The translations under genes were made by a program, and so were the position numbers. A DNA stretch of 63,332 bases, the filler included. It is 7 parts of 7 records of this genome, joined end to end, with 100 filler letters (N's around TTAATTAATTAA, not from the genome) between each part and the next. Parts side by side here need not be neighbours in the genome. Positions count along the whole stretch, not along the records: positions 9,876 to 22,046 come from SRR20825019_1067; positions 22,147 to 32,372 come from SRR20825019_1069; 5 more parts are not named here. One strand, 5' to 3'. This document shows, piece by piece, positions 10,691 through 22,311 of the stretch; within the stretch, counting starts at the first letter, position 1, and every line of letters begins with the position of its first letter. Below the pieces are notes generated by a model, which was given only the letters and a program-made list of their open reading frames with translations, had not been told where the DNA came from and did not search any database.

Positions 10691-13600
10691 ATGTCGGCTC
10701 CACAGTCCCCCGGTGGACTGACAGCTAAACAGAAGAAGGACAAGAAGAAGAACAAGAAGAAGGGCCTTAAGAAACTCAAGTTCTGGAAAGGCTCTGGTGA
10801 CGACGACGAGGTTGAAGTGGGTTACTGCCCTAATGTGATTGAACTTGGCTACAGTGACGAGGAGAAGGAGGAAGAGACTCATGAAGGCTCCGGCGACAGC
10901 GAACCCGAGGTTGAGGAGGGCGGCTCCGCTTCTGAGGGAGACAGCCTCGGTGCCAGCTCGTTCAACATATCAGTCAAGACAAAGTACAGTCGCCACAATA
11001 TGCACCGCCGGCTCGTGTCTAGAAGCAACGTTGGTGATAGGTTCTCCGAGGACGCGCGGGACCTGTTTGTAGCTGTCAAGAAGAACCAGCTGAAGCGAGT
11101 CAAGTATTTAATTGCCCGTGCCCAGAAACCCGCTCTCCTTGTGGACACGGTAGACGAAATTCTCAGGTATGTGCGGTCCTCCTCACTCAGACCATTGTCA
11201 TGACATCACTCTTCAGGACCCCGCTATTCTTCGCTGCCGGCGAGGGATATCTGAAGATCATGAAGGAACTAATTGAAGCCGGCGCCAACGTGACCCTTCG
11301 CTCCGAGCCTGGTTTGACCCCGCTGCATGAAGCGTGTTATGAGGGAGGTGAGGCGGCCTACCGCGCTGTTCAAATCTTGCTCCGCAAGGGAGCAGACCCT
11401 TCGCAGAGAGACAATGAAGGCTTCTCTCCGTTCCACTATGCGGTGCAGCAGAACGAGCTAGGCATTGCCAAGCTGTTGCTGTTGCATGATGACGAGGGGC
11501 GATTCCAAGCTGCATCCCTCAAGGATCCAACGGGCGATGGAGACATGCCGCTCCATCTTGCCGCAAAGGCTGGTCTCGTCAAAATGTGCGACTTCATCCT
11601 CGCCAATGATAGTGTGGACCCCGAAGCACGTGAAAAGTTCTATATGCGCTCCACTGACGGCAGATCGCCACTCCACGTCGCCGCAGAGGCTGCCCATCCG
11701 GCAGTTGTTCTCCTGCTGATGAAGGCAGGCTTCAGACCGACCACCCCCGACTCTGAGGGTTACACGCCGCTCCACCGTGCCGTGCAGTGGGATGCCTGGT
11801 CCAACGCTGACTACCAACTTGTGCTCAAGCATATGTTGCTGATGAGCAAGCAGTCCCGCAAGAGCGACCAAGACTTTGGATACGACCCTAAGTTCCTCGC
11901 CAATCACCCGAACGCTGCTGGTAGCACCCCCCTTCACCTGGTGTCCAGCACCAACAACTTCATGCTCTTCAAGCTCATCATCGCTGCCGGGGCCGACCTT
12001 GACTCGCTGGACTCTCACATGCAGACTCCATTACACATTGCTCTTCAAGGATCGTCCTCCAAGCATTTCCGCATGGCGGACATGGTGAAGTTCCTGCTCT
12101 CCAAGGGAGCGGTCCCGTATCGCAACGATGAACGTGGTATCACTCCCCTCCATCTTGCTTGCCTCTCGGTGGGTTTGTTCGCGCGATGGGTCCTCTGCTT
12201 TGAGCTGATGTTTGTGTTCAGGGGCTTGAAATGGTTCGGATCATTATCCCTTACCTCTCAGAGGAGGACAAGCTAGATACTGATTACTTTGGCCGGTCCG
12301 CGATGCATTTTGCCGCCAAGACCGGAAGCGTGGAGCTTGTAGACCTTCTGATTAAGATGGGCCTTGATGCAGAGGAGGACGACTACGAGGGCATGACTGC
12401 TCTCCATATTGCCGCCCAGGAGGGCCACATCACCCTCTGTCACCACCTGATCGAGGAGGAGGACGTCAGCGTGAATCAGCTCTCTAACTCGGGCGATTCC
12501 CCCCTCCATCTGGCGGTGGCCAGTGGCCATGAAGATGTGGCAATCGAGCTCTACAAGCTAGGCGGACACGCACTTTCCATCAACCGTGACGGCCGAGTCC
12601 CCGTGTACATCGCAGCCTCAAACAACCTTGAGGAGGCCTTCCGCTTCATGATGACCTATGGCGCATACTACGGGTCCAAGGAGTTTGATCCAATCCATCC
12701 TTTCACTATGCTGCCGGCCAGTAAGGGTTCAGGGGAGAGCCCCCTGGTGCTCTTGCTCGATGATGCCCCTCCGGTATTCACAGATATCGCCATGGGTTTG
12801 TTCAACCGTGATGTTATTATCCGAGCTGACGTCAACGTGAATCTGTACGACTTCGGGTTGACTCAAGAGGGCTACAAGTTCATGACGGGCCCTAAGGGCA
12901 GGAATGCTCTCATCCATATTCTTAACTCTGGAAGTAAGGCTGTGTTCTCCACCGATGCTTTCAAGGCCATGTCGGAGATTCTGTGGCTGGGATACGCCCA
13001 GCGCCATGTTCAGTTCCATGTGGTCATTTATTGGGCACTGGTGTTGTCGTTCTCTATCGCAAGCTACTTCCACAATAGCGAGCTCCAGATCCAGGTCATG
13101 CTCGTGGGTTCCTTGCTGGCTTTGCTCCACCTCTTCTTTGAGTTCAGAGAATTCCGCCGGTCGCTCACCACAGACACCAGTTCTATCGACTACGATTGGC
13201 TGCGCATGCTCGCACGCTATCGCCCCTACACCGTGAAGATGACTGAATGGCTTATCCAGAATCTGCTTCCTCGATCCGTGCCCGAATACATGCGCGATTT
13301 TTGGAATATTCTAGATCTCGGCACCTATGTGCTCTGCCTCGTCTCAACCGCTTTGTACATTGCCAAGTCCCCCCACGGTGTGTATGCCTTGGCGATCACC
13401 ATCCTCTCCCTGTGGATCAAAACCCTTCAGGTAAAGTAACCGTCGCACTAGCTGCGTACGTTATATTGAAGTTTGCGATTAGGACGCCGCGGCATTCCGG
13501 CCTACGAGCAGCATCGTGAGAGTTGTTGGCAAGATGATTATCAACTTGGTGCAGATGTAAGTAGCGCTCCTCGAACGACCTTGCATGTTCCTGATGCGTT

Positions 13601-14477
13601 GTTCACAGCATGGGTGTTGCTGGTGTTTTCATGCTCGGATTCGGCCAAGCTTTATTCTTGATCTATGACAGCGCCGGTGGTGAGGTGTCCGGATACGGTA
13701 GTCTTACTGAGACGATCGTCACGCTCTTCCGCGCAATGCTCGGAGATGCAGACTACGACAGTGTCCAGGGTGCCGAAGACGTCCTTGCCGCATTCCTGTG
13801 GGGCATCTACTGGACCATGGGATCCGTTCTTCTTCTGAATCTGCTCATTGCAATGGTAGGTCATGGGAGCGCTGGACACAGTTGGAATTGTATTTGATAT
13901 GATTCGTCCGCAGATGACAACGTCATATGAGCTTATTAGGGAAGAGGCCGAAACTGAGTTCTTGATAGCGCGTGCAAGGGCCATCTACAAAGTTCTTCCC
14001 CGTGATAAGGACATGAAGGAGGAACACAAGCTCCGGAGCCAGGAAGGCGAACATACTGCTGTGGCCAAGCGCAAGCCCGGAAGACTGCAGAATATGGTGG
14101 TCGACCTGCTCTTCAACGGCTACCGCTCCTACCCTGGAAAGATCCATACGCTGAGCCTGCAAGACTGGGCAGTCCCAGCTGTCACTGAGGCCACTGACAC
14201 GGAGACCACGTCTGCCGCGCAGGAGAACATGAACTTCCTGAAGAAGTTTAAGGAAAACACCGATCGCCACTTGCGCCAGGCGGCCAAGGAAATGGAGAAG
14301 CAGAAGGCCGCCATCCTGACTATCGAGGCCACCATCAAGAGCGCGATGATGAACATTCAGGACCACATGCCAGCCGCAAAGATCAAGAAAGCCAAGAAGT
14401 CCAAGAGCAGTGACACGGCCGCCGCCGGGATGGGCGCAGGCTATGTCAACGTGGGTGATGATGACGACAGCGATTAG
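10691..14477 (+). CDS. Ankyrin-repeat TRP-type cation channel (TRPA/TRPV-like architecture), multi-exon
   Basis: Multiple ankyrin repeats (TPLFFAA, TPLHEAC, SPFHYAV, MPLHLAA, SPLHVAA, TPLHRAV, TPLHIAL, TALHIAA) followed by TM helices, DFWNILDL, pore TLFRAMLGDADY, S6 LLLNLLIAM|MTTSY and a C-terminal coiled coil. GT-AG introns link ORFs 10679, 11200, 12231, 13610 and 13863. Confidence 0.85.
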
Positions 14478-14520
14478 ATAAAGAACCCGCCCCATTCAAG
14501 CTAGAGCGGCAAACTTTTTA

Positions 14521-16771
14521 TTATTCCTGGAGGCACTCCCACAGCCCTTCAGGGTTGACGCTTAACTGCACATCGCCAGACACCACCCGGTCCAGGAATG
14601 CTGATACTCGTTCAACGGTAACCTCCTCCCGGTACGTAGCATGCTTCTTGTTGGACACCACCACGATGGCGGGCCCTCGGTTATCCACGGTGAACTGTTT
14701 CACCCACCGGCCCTCACTGTGGATGTCCACCCACGCGAACCGTAGCTTCGGGTCACCCTGAAACATCTCCTGCAGACTCTGCATTTATGATTAGCTGCTG
14801 TCGCCCCAGACACCCCGTCCATCCTCACCTCCACCAGCTCCAGGCGGCGAATGGCATCGTCCGTCCGCTTCATATTCACAGGTGCACAGACCAGGAACCC
14901 CGATGCCGGGCGAATACTTGGGGCGGTGTCCGACCGCAAGGAGACGATTTGGCCCTTCAACTTGGCAAGAGCTGCATCGCTGGAATCTTCATCATCGCTG
15001 ACTGCGGAAGGGGCGCGCGGCCTCGAGGGCACACTGGGCCCGCCGTCGTCCTTCTTCAGGGGGTCCTGCAGGTCGCCACAGAGTACATTCATCATGCAAA
15101 GGGTAAGGCCCAGTACCAGGATCGCGAGCAGTGGCAGGAAGCAATAGAACAGAATCGGGGGGGCCTGGCCGCCGTCGATGGTGTAGATGTCGAAGTTGAA
15201 GAACCAGTCGTTGAGCAGCGCCCACTGCTCCGTGACGTAATGCACCACCTGGTCCCATGCGGTGATCATATTGTCGTCGTACAGGACTGGGACCTCGACG
15301 TCCGTCCGGTCCATCACCACCCCGCCCGGTGTGAATACCTTGGTCAACCACCGTTCCAAGTGCGGATCGTCGTAGAAGTACGGGTGGCCAGTGTATGTGT
15401 CGGCCATCCCATCCTCCAAGTCAATCGCCACCATGCACAACTCCCGCTCCTCCCCGCACGCAAACTTTCGAAAAGCCGATTGGCGCCGGCCGTCGACCCA
15501 CGCGTACTGCATCTTTGCGCTGCGATCAGGATTTTTGAACTTTTTCATCGCGGTACGAATGGCCACAAGGCCGCTGGCCCCCGAGGGGCTGAGATCCTTA
15601 TCGCTGCTAATCACAAGCACTACACACACAATGCGCTTGTACTTGGACCGGCACAGCTCATCCATGTTGTAGTGCTGCAGCTGAGGCGCCTGGCCGTACT
15701 TGTTGTGGCGGATGAACTGGAGGAGCTTGTCCTTGTTGAAGGGAGGGCCCATCACCGTCGGCCGTGCGTTCGGCCCATCGTTATGATAGACTGCCACCGA
15801 TGGCAGCTTCCGGATGGAGGATGACGCCGCCGTGTTGCTCTGGTTGGGAGCGGCCTGCTGCATGATGGCGAACCTCATGTGCTGTCCCATTTTCCATGCA
15901 GTCCACTGGTACAGGATGGACACCTCGGGCCTCTTAGTGAAGAGAATAATGCTGGTTTCGCCTGGCTTTGCGCGCTCCAGGAACCTCTGGGCGGCCCGGT
16001 CGTCTGCCAGCGCGGTGATGTCTGCCGGATACGTGCTGGTCACAAACTCCACCAAGGCCTGCCAGCCCCACGCCCCGTGATAGTAGCGCCGTGGCTTCCC
16101 CTGGTAGAAGGCCAGTGTCGTGGGCACCCTCCTAATGTTGTACTTCTCTGAGAGGGAGGGGCTTTGGTCGGCAACCACTCGCACCAGCCGCGCATAACCC
16201 TTGGTGTGAGCAGCTGCTGTCTCCCAGGCCTTAGAGAAGAAGTGGCAGTCCCTGTTCCAGTGCGTGAAGAACTGCACCAGCACCACGCCCTCCTCTCGGC
16301 TCACCACCTCGTCAAAGTTCCTATCCGTTAGCGTTGTCGTCACGGACTGAATGTTGAAGTGCTCCCTATACTGATGATAATACTGGGGGTGCCCTCGCCC
16401 CCTGGGGCCGCCCCCTCGCCCGTGGTACTGGTGGTGGTAAGCCCCGCTTCGTTCATATTCCGCCCGCTTCTCTGGGTCCGTCAGAATCTCGTACGCCTCC
16501 TGAATCTCGATAAACTTGGCAGCGGCGTCTGTGGACCCCTTGTTCTTGTCCGGGTGATAGCGAAGGGACATCTTGTGGTACTTGCGCTTCACCTCCTTGT
16601 CCGACGCACCCTTCTCCAAGCCCAGCACCTTCCACGGGTCACTATAACAGCACTCAGAACACTCCCGCCTTCCTGCTCCCTTGCCACTACTTACGCTTGG
16701 AAAGCCATAGTCGCACCCACCAGGACCGCGGCCATGACCACCACCGCCAACCACCGGGAACGCACCGCCAT
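14521..16771 (-). CDS. DNAJC16: DnaJ + thioredoxin-fold ER membrane co-chaperone, DNAJC16/ERdj8-like
   Basis: ATG at 16771 gives a signal peptide (MAVRSRWLAVVVMAAVLVGATMA). After an intron comes a J-domain with HPD (YHPDKN), then a thioredoxin-like domain (LVQFFTHWNRDC), further Trx-like folds, a TM helix and a C-terminal Trx-like exon (14521..14784). Confidence 0.75.
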
Positions 16772-17881
16772 CCTCGACACTGCGGTGGGTCTAGCTCACC
16801 TCCAGAGCCGGTTTACTCTTTGGTGGCCGCCTGCGCACACCTATATAAGTATGCAGCGGCACCCTTTAACGCGTGAAGGCGCCCCGTTCTCGCGTGCTGA
16901 CGCCCGACCTATGAAGTTGAACCTGGCGCTGGCCCGGCTAGCCGAGTCAGTTTTGGTTCCCGGGGCGGGTCGGCCAGATGCCGATGCCGGGCTCGCATTC
17001 GCCGGCGGACCGTCAGTGCTGCACCCTCAGCGTCCGGTTGTCAGTGGCGAGGACGGCCGGCGTGCAAACAGAACCCTCCCGACCATGACTCGCCCGAACG
17101 GACTAGCATGATTTTTTGCCCGCCGGTTCGGTACACCGGCTGAGCCTCGGGATGAGTTCGTTTCAGTTTCGGCTCCCCGGTGGTCCCGGACCGTGGTGCC
17201 CGGCAGCCGGCCGGCTCGGCCCGGGCGGCCCGCCCTTGCCGGGCCCGGACGGCCTCCGTCGACCGCCGCGAGGGCCCCCCCGGTGACAGTCGGGCGGCGG
17301 CCCAACCCAGGCGGCGGTGCCGGCCTGGTCCGGGCAGGTCACGCGCGGCCCGCGGCCGGCTGGCGGGCGGGCGCGGTCAGCCGCGGCACTCGAGTTGGCG
17401 CCCTGCAAGCCTTCGCCGGCGCCCGCCGGCGGGCCGCGACCGGCGCCGTTTGCGGAACGTCCTCCAGGCTTCGTTCGGCCAGCGCTCACTCTGCCGCCCG
17501 GAGAAGGTGGCGTTCCGTGGCGGGTGGCGCAATTCAATCGAAGTCGAACAGAGTGGAATGCTCTGAGGGCGCCGCCGGGGAGATCGACTTTCCGACCCTC
17601 GACCTCGGACGCTCGGACGGCGCTGCGGAGCCAGTGGGCCGGCGGACGGCGGCCCGGCGCCAGCCTCCCGGACGCGACTGCGGTGGTGCTCGAGCGGGTG
17701 GCGCAGTCCGGGTTGGCAGTGAGCCCAGCCGGTCCGGACCACGAGTCAGCGAATCCGGACCGCCGCGCCAGTACGGCGGGCCCAAGACTTTCGAAGAGTG
17801 GCGTTGGTTCAATTTGTCTGCCAACAAGCCACACGGCGTATATACACGTGGCTGAGCCTACTCGTGTGAGTGGAGAGACCA
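16772..17881. promoter_or_regulatory. GC-rich intergenic region between divergent genes (putative bidirectional promoter)
   Basis: Lies between the starts of the DNAJC16-like (-) and WDR13-like (+) genes. Visibly richer in GGCC/CCGG/CG than the flanking coding DNA. Confidence 0.55.
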
Positions 17882-20086
17882 ATGGGAAGATCTAAGAAGA
17901 AGAAGGGTGCAGAGGAGGCCAAGTCTCCCGTCAAGGCTGCCGACGGAGACGCTGCGGTGGACCCGGCCCCTACCCAAACGGCTGAAGACCCGCCTGAGTC
18001 TACAGAAGGCGTGGTGCCGGAGGAGGTGGACAAGCCGTCCACGGCACACCCTGACACCCACGTTAATGCTGTGCCTTCCTCAACCAACGGCAACGCCGTG
18101 CAGGAGGACCCCAAGGAAGCGACAGCGCCGGGCTCCCCGGCGTCCCCTGGCCGACAGGAGAGGAGTGGAAGCTTTTTGTCAGAGTTTGAGCCGGGAACTC
18201 TTCCGTTCGATGTGGGTTGGAATATGGCCTCTCCAGAGTGCATTACTAACGCCATGTGCAGTATGAGCGGCTGCTGCTGAGGGTTGCTGACCGGGAGGTG
18301 CGACGAATGACGCAGCGGATGCACTCGGAGCTGGAGAGGACCCACAATACCCTCCGCACCGCCATCCGGGAGAAGAACGAGCGCGTGCAGGCGTCCCTGA
18401 TGGTGATGGCTAAGCAGCACGAACAAGAAACGGAGGCCAGCCTCCGCATGGCCGAGTCAGCATTCCAGACGATGGAGTCACGGCTGGAGAAGCAGATGGA
18501 CGAGGCGAGGGTGTGTTGTCATGGAGAGGTTAAGGTGCCGTTGTGAGCTGCTGATGCGCGGTGCAGGAGCGACTGAAGGCAGAAGCGCGGATGCTGGCCA
18601 GTGTCCACGTCAATAAGGAGGACGGTGGGGAGCAGGAACTCAAGCAGTCCATTAAGGTCCTCCAACAGGTTGCTCTGGGGCCCTCCGCGGAGGTAGCTGC
18701 TTCCAATGGTGGACTGGCTGAACCAGTGGAGAATGGCGAGGGTGCCGGGGGCATCACACCCACCACGCCCATCACGCCCACGACCCCGACCTCTCACCGC
18801 CCCTCGGAGTCCCACGGTATGTCAGGCATGGATTCCAATACCTTAACGCTAACTCGGCCACCAGTGATTCCAGCGGCTGAGGCTCCTTCTATCTTCGAAC
18901 TCTACCAGGATGTTCAGGTGGACCGGGAGCCCGTGACCTCGGTGGTGTTTGCACCGGGATCAGGTAGCCTTGTGGCCCTCGGCAGCATGACGGGGCTGGT
19001 GTATGTTGTGTCCGTGGACGGGTCGGCTGCTGGTGACTCGGGTACTTCTCCGAGTGCTCCGTCCATTGTGGTTACACTACGAGGCCACGCCCAGGGAGTG
19101 ACCGACGTCACATGGTCTGCCGGGAATGAATACATTTTGTCCACATCTCTAGACAGAACCATCCGACTCTGGGTATGAATGGAGTGCGGTGCTTTGTGTT
19201 GGTGGCTTTGCGCTGACGGATCTTCACAGGACTGGAAGAATTCACGGTGCCTCCGCGTGATTGAAGAAGAGTGCGAGGCCCTCTGCGTGCGTCCTCAGGC
19301 AAGGAATAACAACTTCTTCGTGGTGGGCACTGCGGGTTCCAAGCTGCGTGTGTACAACAGCAGCACGGGGATGTGCGCTCAGACCCTCTCTATTGCCCAG
19401 AGCAATCAGCCCGGCGGCGGGGGCGTGCGGACAATCTGCATGGATGATGATGGGCAGAAGATGTTTGTCGGCGATGAGTCCGGGGTGGTCCACGTCTTCG
19501 CGTATAACAAAGACCGCTTCGTCTGGGCGTGCCCTCCCCTGAAGGTGTCGTCCGGGGTGCCGGTTACATCCATATCATACACAAGGGTGGGCCATTCAAA
19601 CCATGCTGTGACCTAAGACCAAACATGCTGATGCGTGCCTGCAGGGATACGGAACTGCCGAGTTCCCGTCAATCCTGGTCAACTCCTGCGACCATAACTT
19701 GAGAGTGTTCGGCGTGGCCCCGAATGGAGCCCTGAGCCTCAAGAAGAAGTTCCCCCTGATACAGCAGAACCTGAACCTGCGCTCCACTTTCTGCCCAGTC
19801 ATCACAGCACCCTCCGAGGGAGATGGTTCTGGTAAGCCCGGCGGGCGGCATGTTCTGCCGTGTGGATTCTGACATAAGCACAGATGATGCGCTGTACCTG
19901 GTGTCCGCTAGCGAGGATATGGTGGTGTACCTGTATGATTTGACAAGGGGGCACGCTTGCAAGATGGCGGGCCACATGTACAAGTGCATTGCAGTGGCCG
20001 CCAACAACGCCAATGATATCATCGCATCCTCCGACGCCGGAGGGCGGGTCATATTCTGGAGACGGGGAGGCCCAAGATCTTTATGA
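17882..20086 (+). CDS. WD40-repeat protein, WDR13-like, with N-terminal coiled coil (multi-exon)
   Basis: WD40 motifs LRGHAQGVTDVTWS..NEYILSTSLDRTIRLW; C-terminal LRSTFCP, LVSASEDMVVYLYD and IASSDAGGRVIFWRR, which resemble WDR13. Confidence 0.7.
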
Positions 20087-20246
20087 TCTAACCGTGATAA
20101 ACCTCTCACGGAAAGGTAGCCGATTCACTGGAATACCCTATTAGCAATGGCCATCCGATACCACACACTTCACTACCTTGTCAGGATTTGGGGGTGCTTG
20201 GATGAATTCACCGAGCTCCATGGAATCTGATGACAGACGAGCGATA

Positions 20247-21585
20247 TCAGCCTCCGGAAACAACCAAGACAGCAACAGATTTCCCACCATGACCCACGTC
20301 CTTGAGAGACAACTCGGCAGACCCGCGCCGCTTGGCTTTGGGCTGGGAAGGGTCCGGCGCCCATCCAATCATGAATACGACCTCGAATGTCGCAGGTATC
20401 ACTGGGTCTCCATCCTCGTCTTTCTCTCCATACAGGGACTGGTAAAGGGCCCCAGTCGATAGGAGCACGTCCCTACTCATGGTGGGAGCCCGTTTGCGCA
20501 GGGCATTGCCCTCTCCCATCCCACTCAGATGTTCCATCAGAACAAACACGTTGGGATAGTACACCTTGATGATATCGTAATCCACTGCGCACCGTCAATC
20601 CATTGCCAATTCCACCAATGCCACACCATACGCACGCACCCGTAGGCATGGTGAATCCGGCCGCAGTTACAAGATTTCCACAGTCGCGGACGCCCGCTTG
20701 TGGGGACACGTGTTGTCCCACGCCGCCCACCCTCTCCAGCTCCGCCGCCGCAAAGGAATGCCTAACATCACTCGTCAACAACAAGTCATTTTCGGATTGG
20801 GCATGAATACCTCAGCTCCTGTAGCGACTCGCCCCCAATAAGGGCGCCCATGAACACTCCATCCGGCCGCAGCACCCGCCGGATCTCACTCATTGCCCCT
20901 GAACACCACTTCAGACTTCAACACCGACAAGTTATGGCAAGCGTCATACTGGGAAGGTCATTGATCCAGTGCATGGATAGATTCGACACCACGACATCGA
21001 ATGATGCGTCGGCGAACGGCAGCCACTCCTCGTCCACACACACCTGCGCCTCCAGGTCCACCCCTCCGTGCCGCCGACCACTCCTCGCTAGCATTCTCTC
21101 TGGACGCAAAGCCGTCAACCAACAGCGGCAACTGGCCGCGGGTATACTCACCAGAGACATCACACTCCACTATCGTGTCCACCCCAGCCCCTTCAAGGGC
21201 CATTCTCATGTGCCCTCCGGCACTCCCCAGATCAAGTGCACGCGAGAACTTGCGTGTGGAGTCCTGCGACAGAGTCAAAGCCCGCATATTGTACATGCCG
21301 TGCAGGCCAGCCACATACACAAAGACGCTCCGTAAGTCGCTGCGCCACCTCCTCCCGCAGGTATGAATACGAGTCATAGTCCCCATCAGCCGCGGCGTCC
21401 TATCAACGAGTGAGCTGCTCATGCCAGAACAAGCGGGAAACGGCTGAACATACCCGGTGGGCACGCACTGTGTCCCTGCAGAATATCTCTGCGCTACTGA
21501 GGCAGCGTGCTGGTACCTTCGCACCGTGCGAAAGCCCCGGTCCCACCAGCCGCTCCACAGCCCGGTATGATGCCCGGACCAACAT
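20247..21585 (-). CDS. NDUFAF5: Mitochondrial complex I assembly factor NDUFAF5 (SAM-dependent methyltransferase fold), multi-exon
   Basis: [64 protein letters not shown] and [27 protein letters not shown]. The N-terminus [10 protein letters not shown] resembles a mitochondrial presequence. Confidence 0.88.
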
Positions 21586-22046
21586 ATCACCTGCACGAAG
21601 AATGTACACACCTGTACACGTAGCTTCATATACCTGTGGGCAGTTAGGTTTCGTTGCCAACTCCTCCCGCCGTTTAGTGAGTTCCTCTGCCAGCGCTCAG
21701 TAGTGACAACACCCGCCCGAGCCGTCATTGTCAAACGGCGCCGGACGCCGGCCTCGCGAACGGCGCGCGCCGCGATGCAACGCGGTGCCCAACGCCGGTG
21801 TTAGCCGGCACGGCCATCCGGTAGGCCGGGACCATGCGGGCCAAGAGTCGTACTCTGTCCAAACCGCTGAGTCATGAGACCCTCTGAGGCGTGTGATTGA
21901 ACAAACCAAGCGGCACGGCCCCGAGGGCTACGGGTTTCAAAGTGAAGGGCCGAGGGCCATTCCGGCTGATGATCGGACACACCGTTTCCCCAGGTATCCC
22001 CCAACACAATCGCTCTGCATGGTTGCCGGTGGCTGACCCCCGCGGG

Positions 22047-22146
22047 NNNNNNNNNNNNNNNNNNNNNNNNNNNNNNNNNNNNNNNNNNNNTTAATTAATT
22101 AANNNNNNNNNNNNNNNNNNNNNNNNNNNNNNNNNNNNNNNNNNNN
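22047..22146. other. Artificial contig-joining spacer
   Basis: N run with TTAATTAATTAA. Confidence 0.98.
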
Positions 22147-22220
22147 CCCCCCCCCCGCCCCCCCCCCACCCCCTCCACCCACCCACACACACACACACAC
22201 ACCAACCACCACCACCACAC
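22147..22220. repeat. Poly-C and (CA)n/(CAC)n low-complexity tract at contig start
   Basis: Directly visible. Confidence 0.9.
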
Positions 22221-22311
22221 GCGCGCGCAGGGTAACAGTACCATCTCCACTCCCTTGGGACTTGGGATATAAATATGTGGCCCTGTAGCAGCAGTATCAA
22301 CAACACCTAAG

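Noticed and set aside
14787-15824. 345-aa + strand ORF
   Set aside because: Antisense to the DNAJC16-like gene.
17027-17895. Overlapping Arg/Gly/Pro/Ala-rich ORFs on both strands
   Set aside because: Expected by chance in a GC-rich intergenic region.
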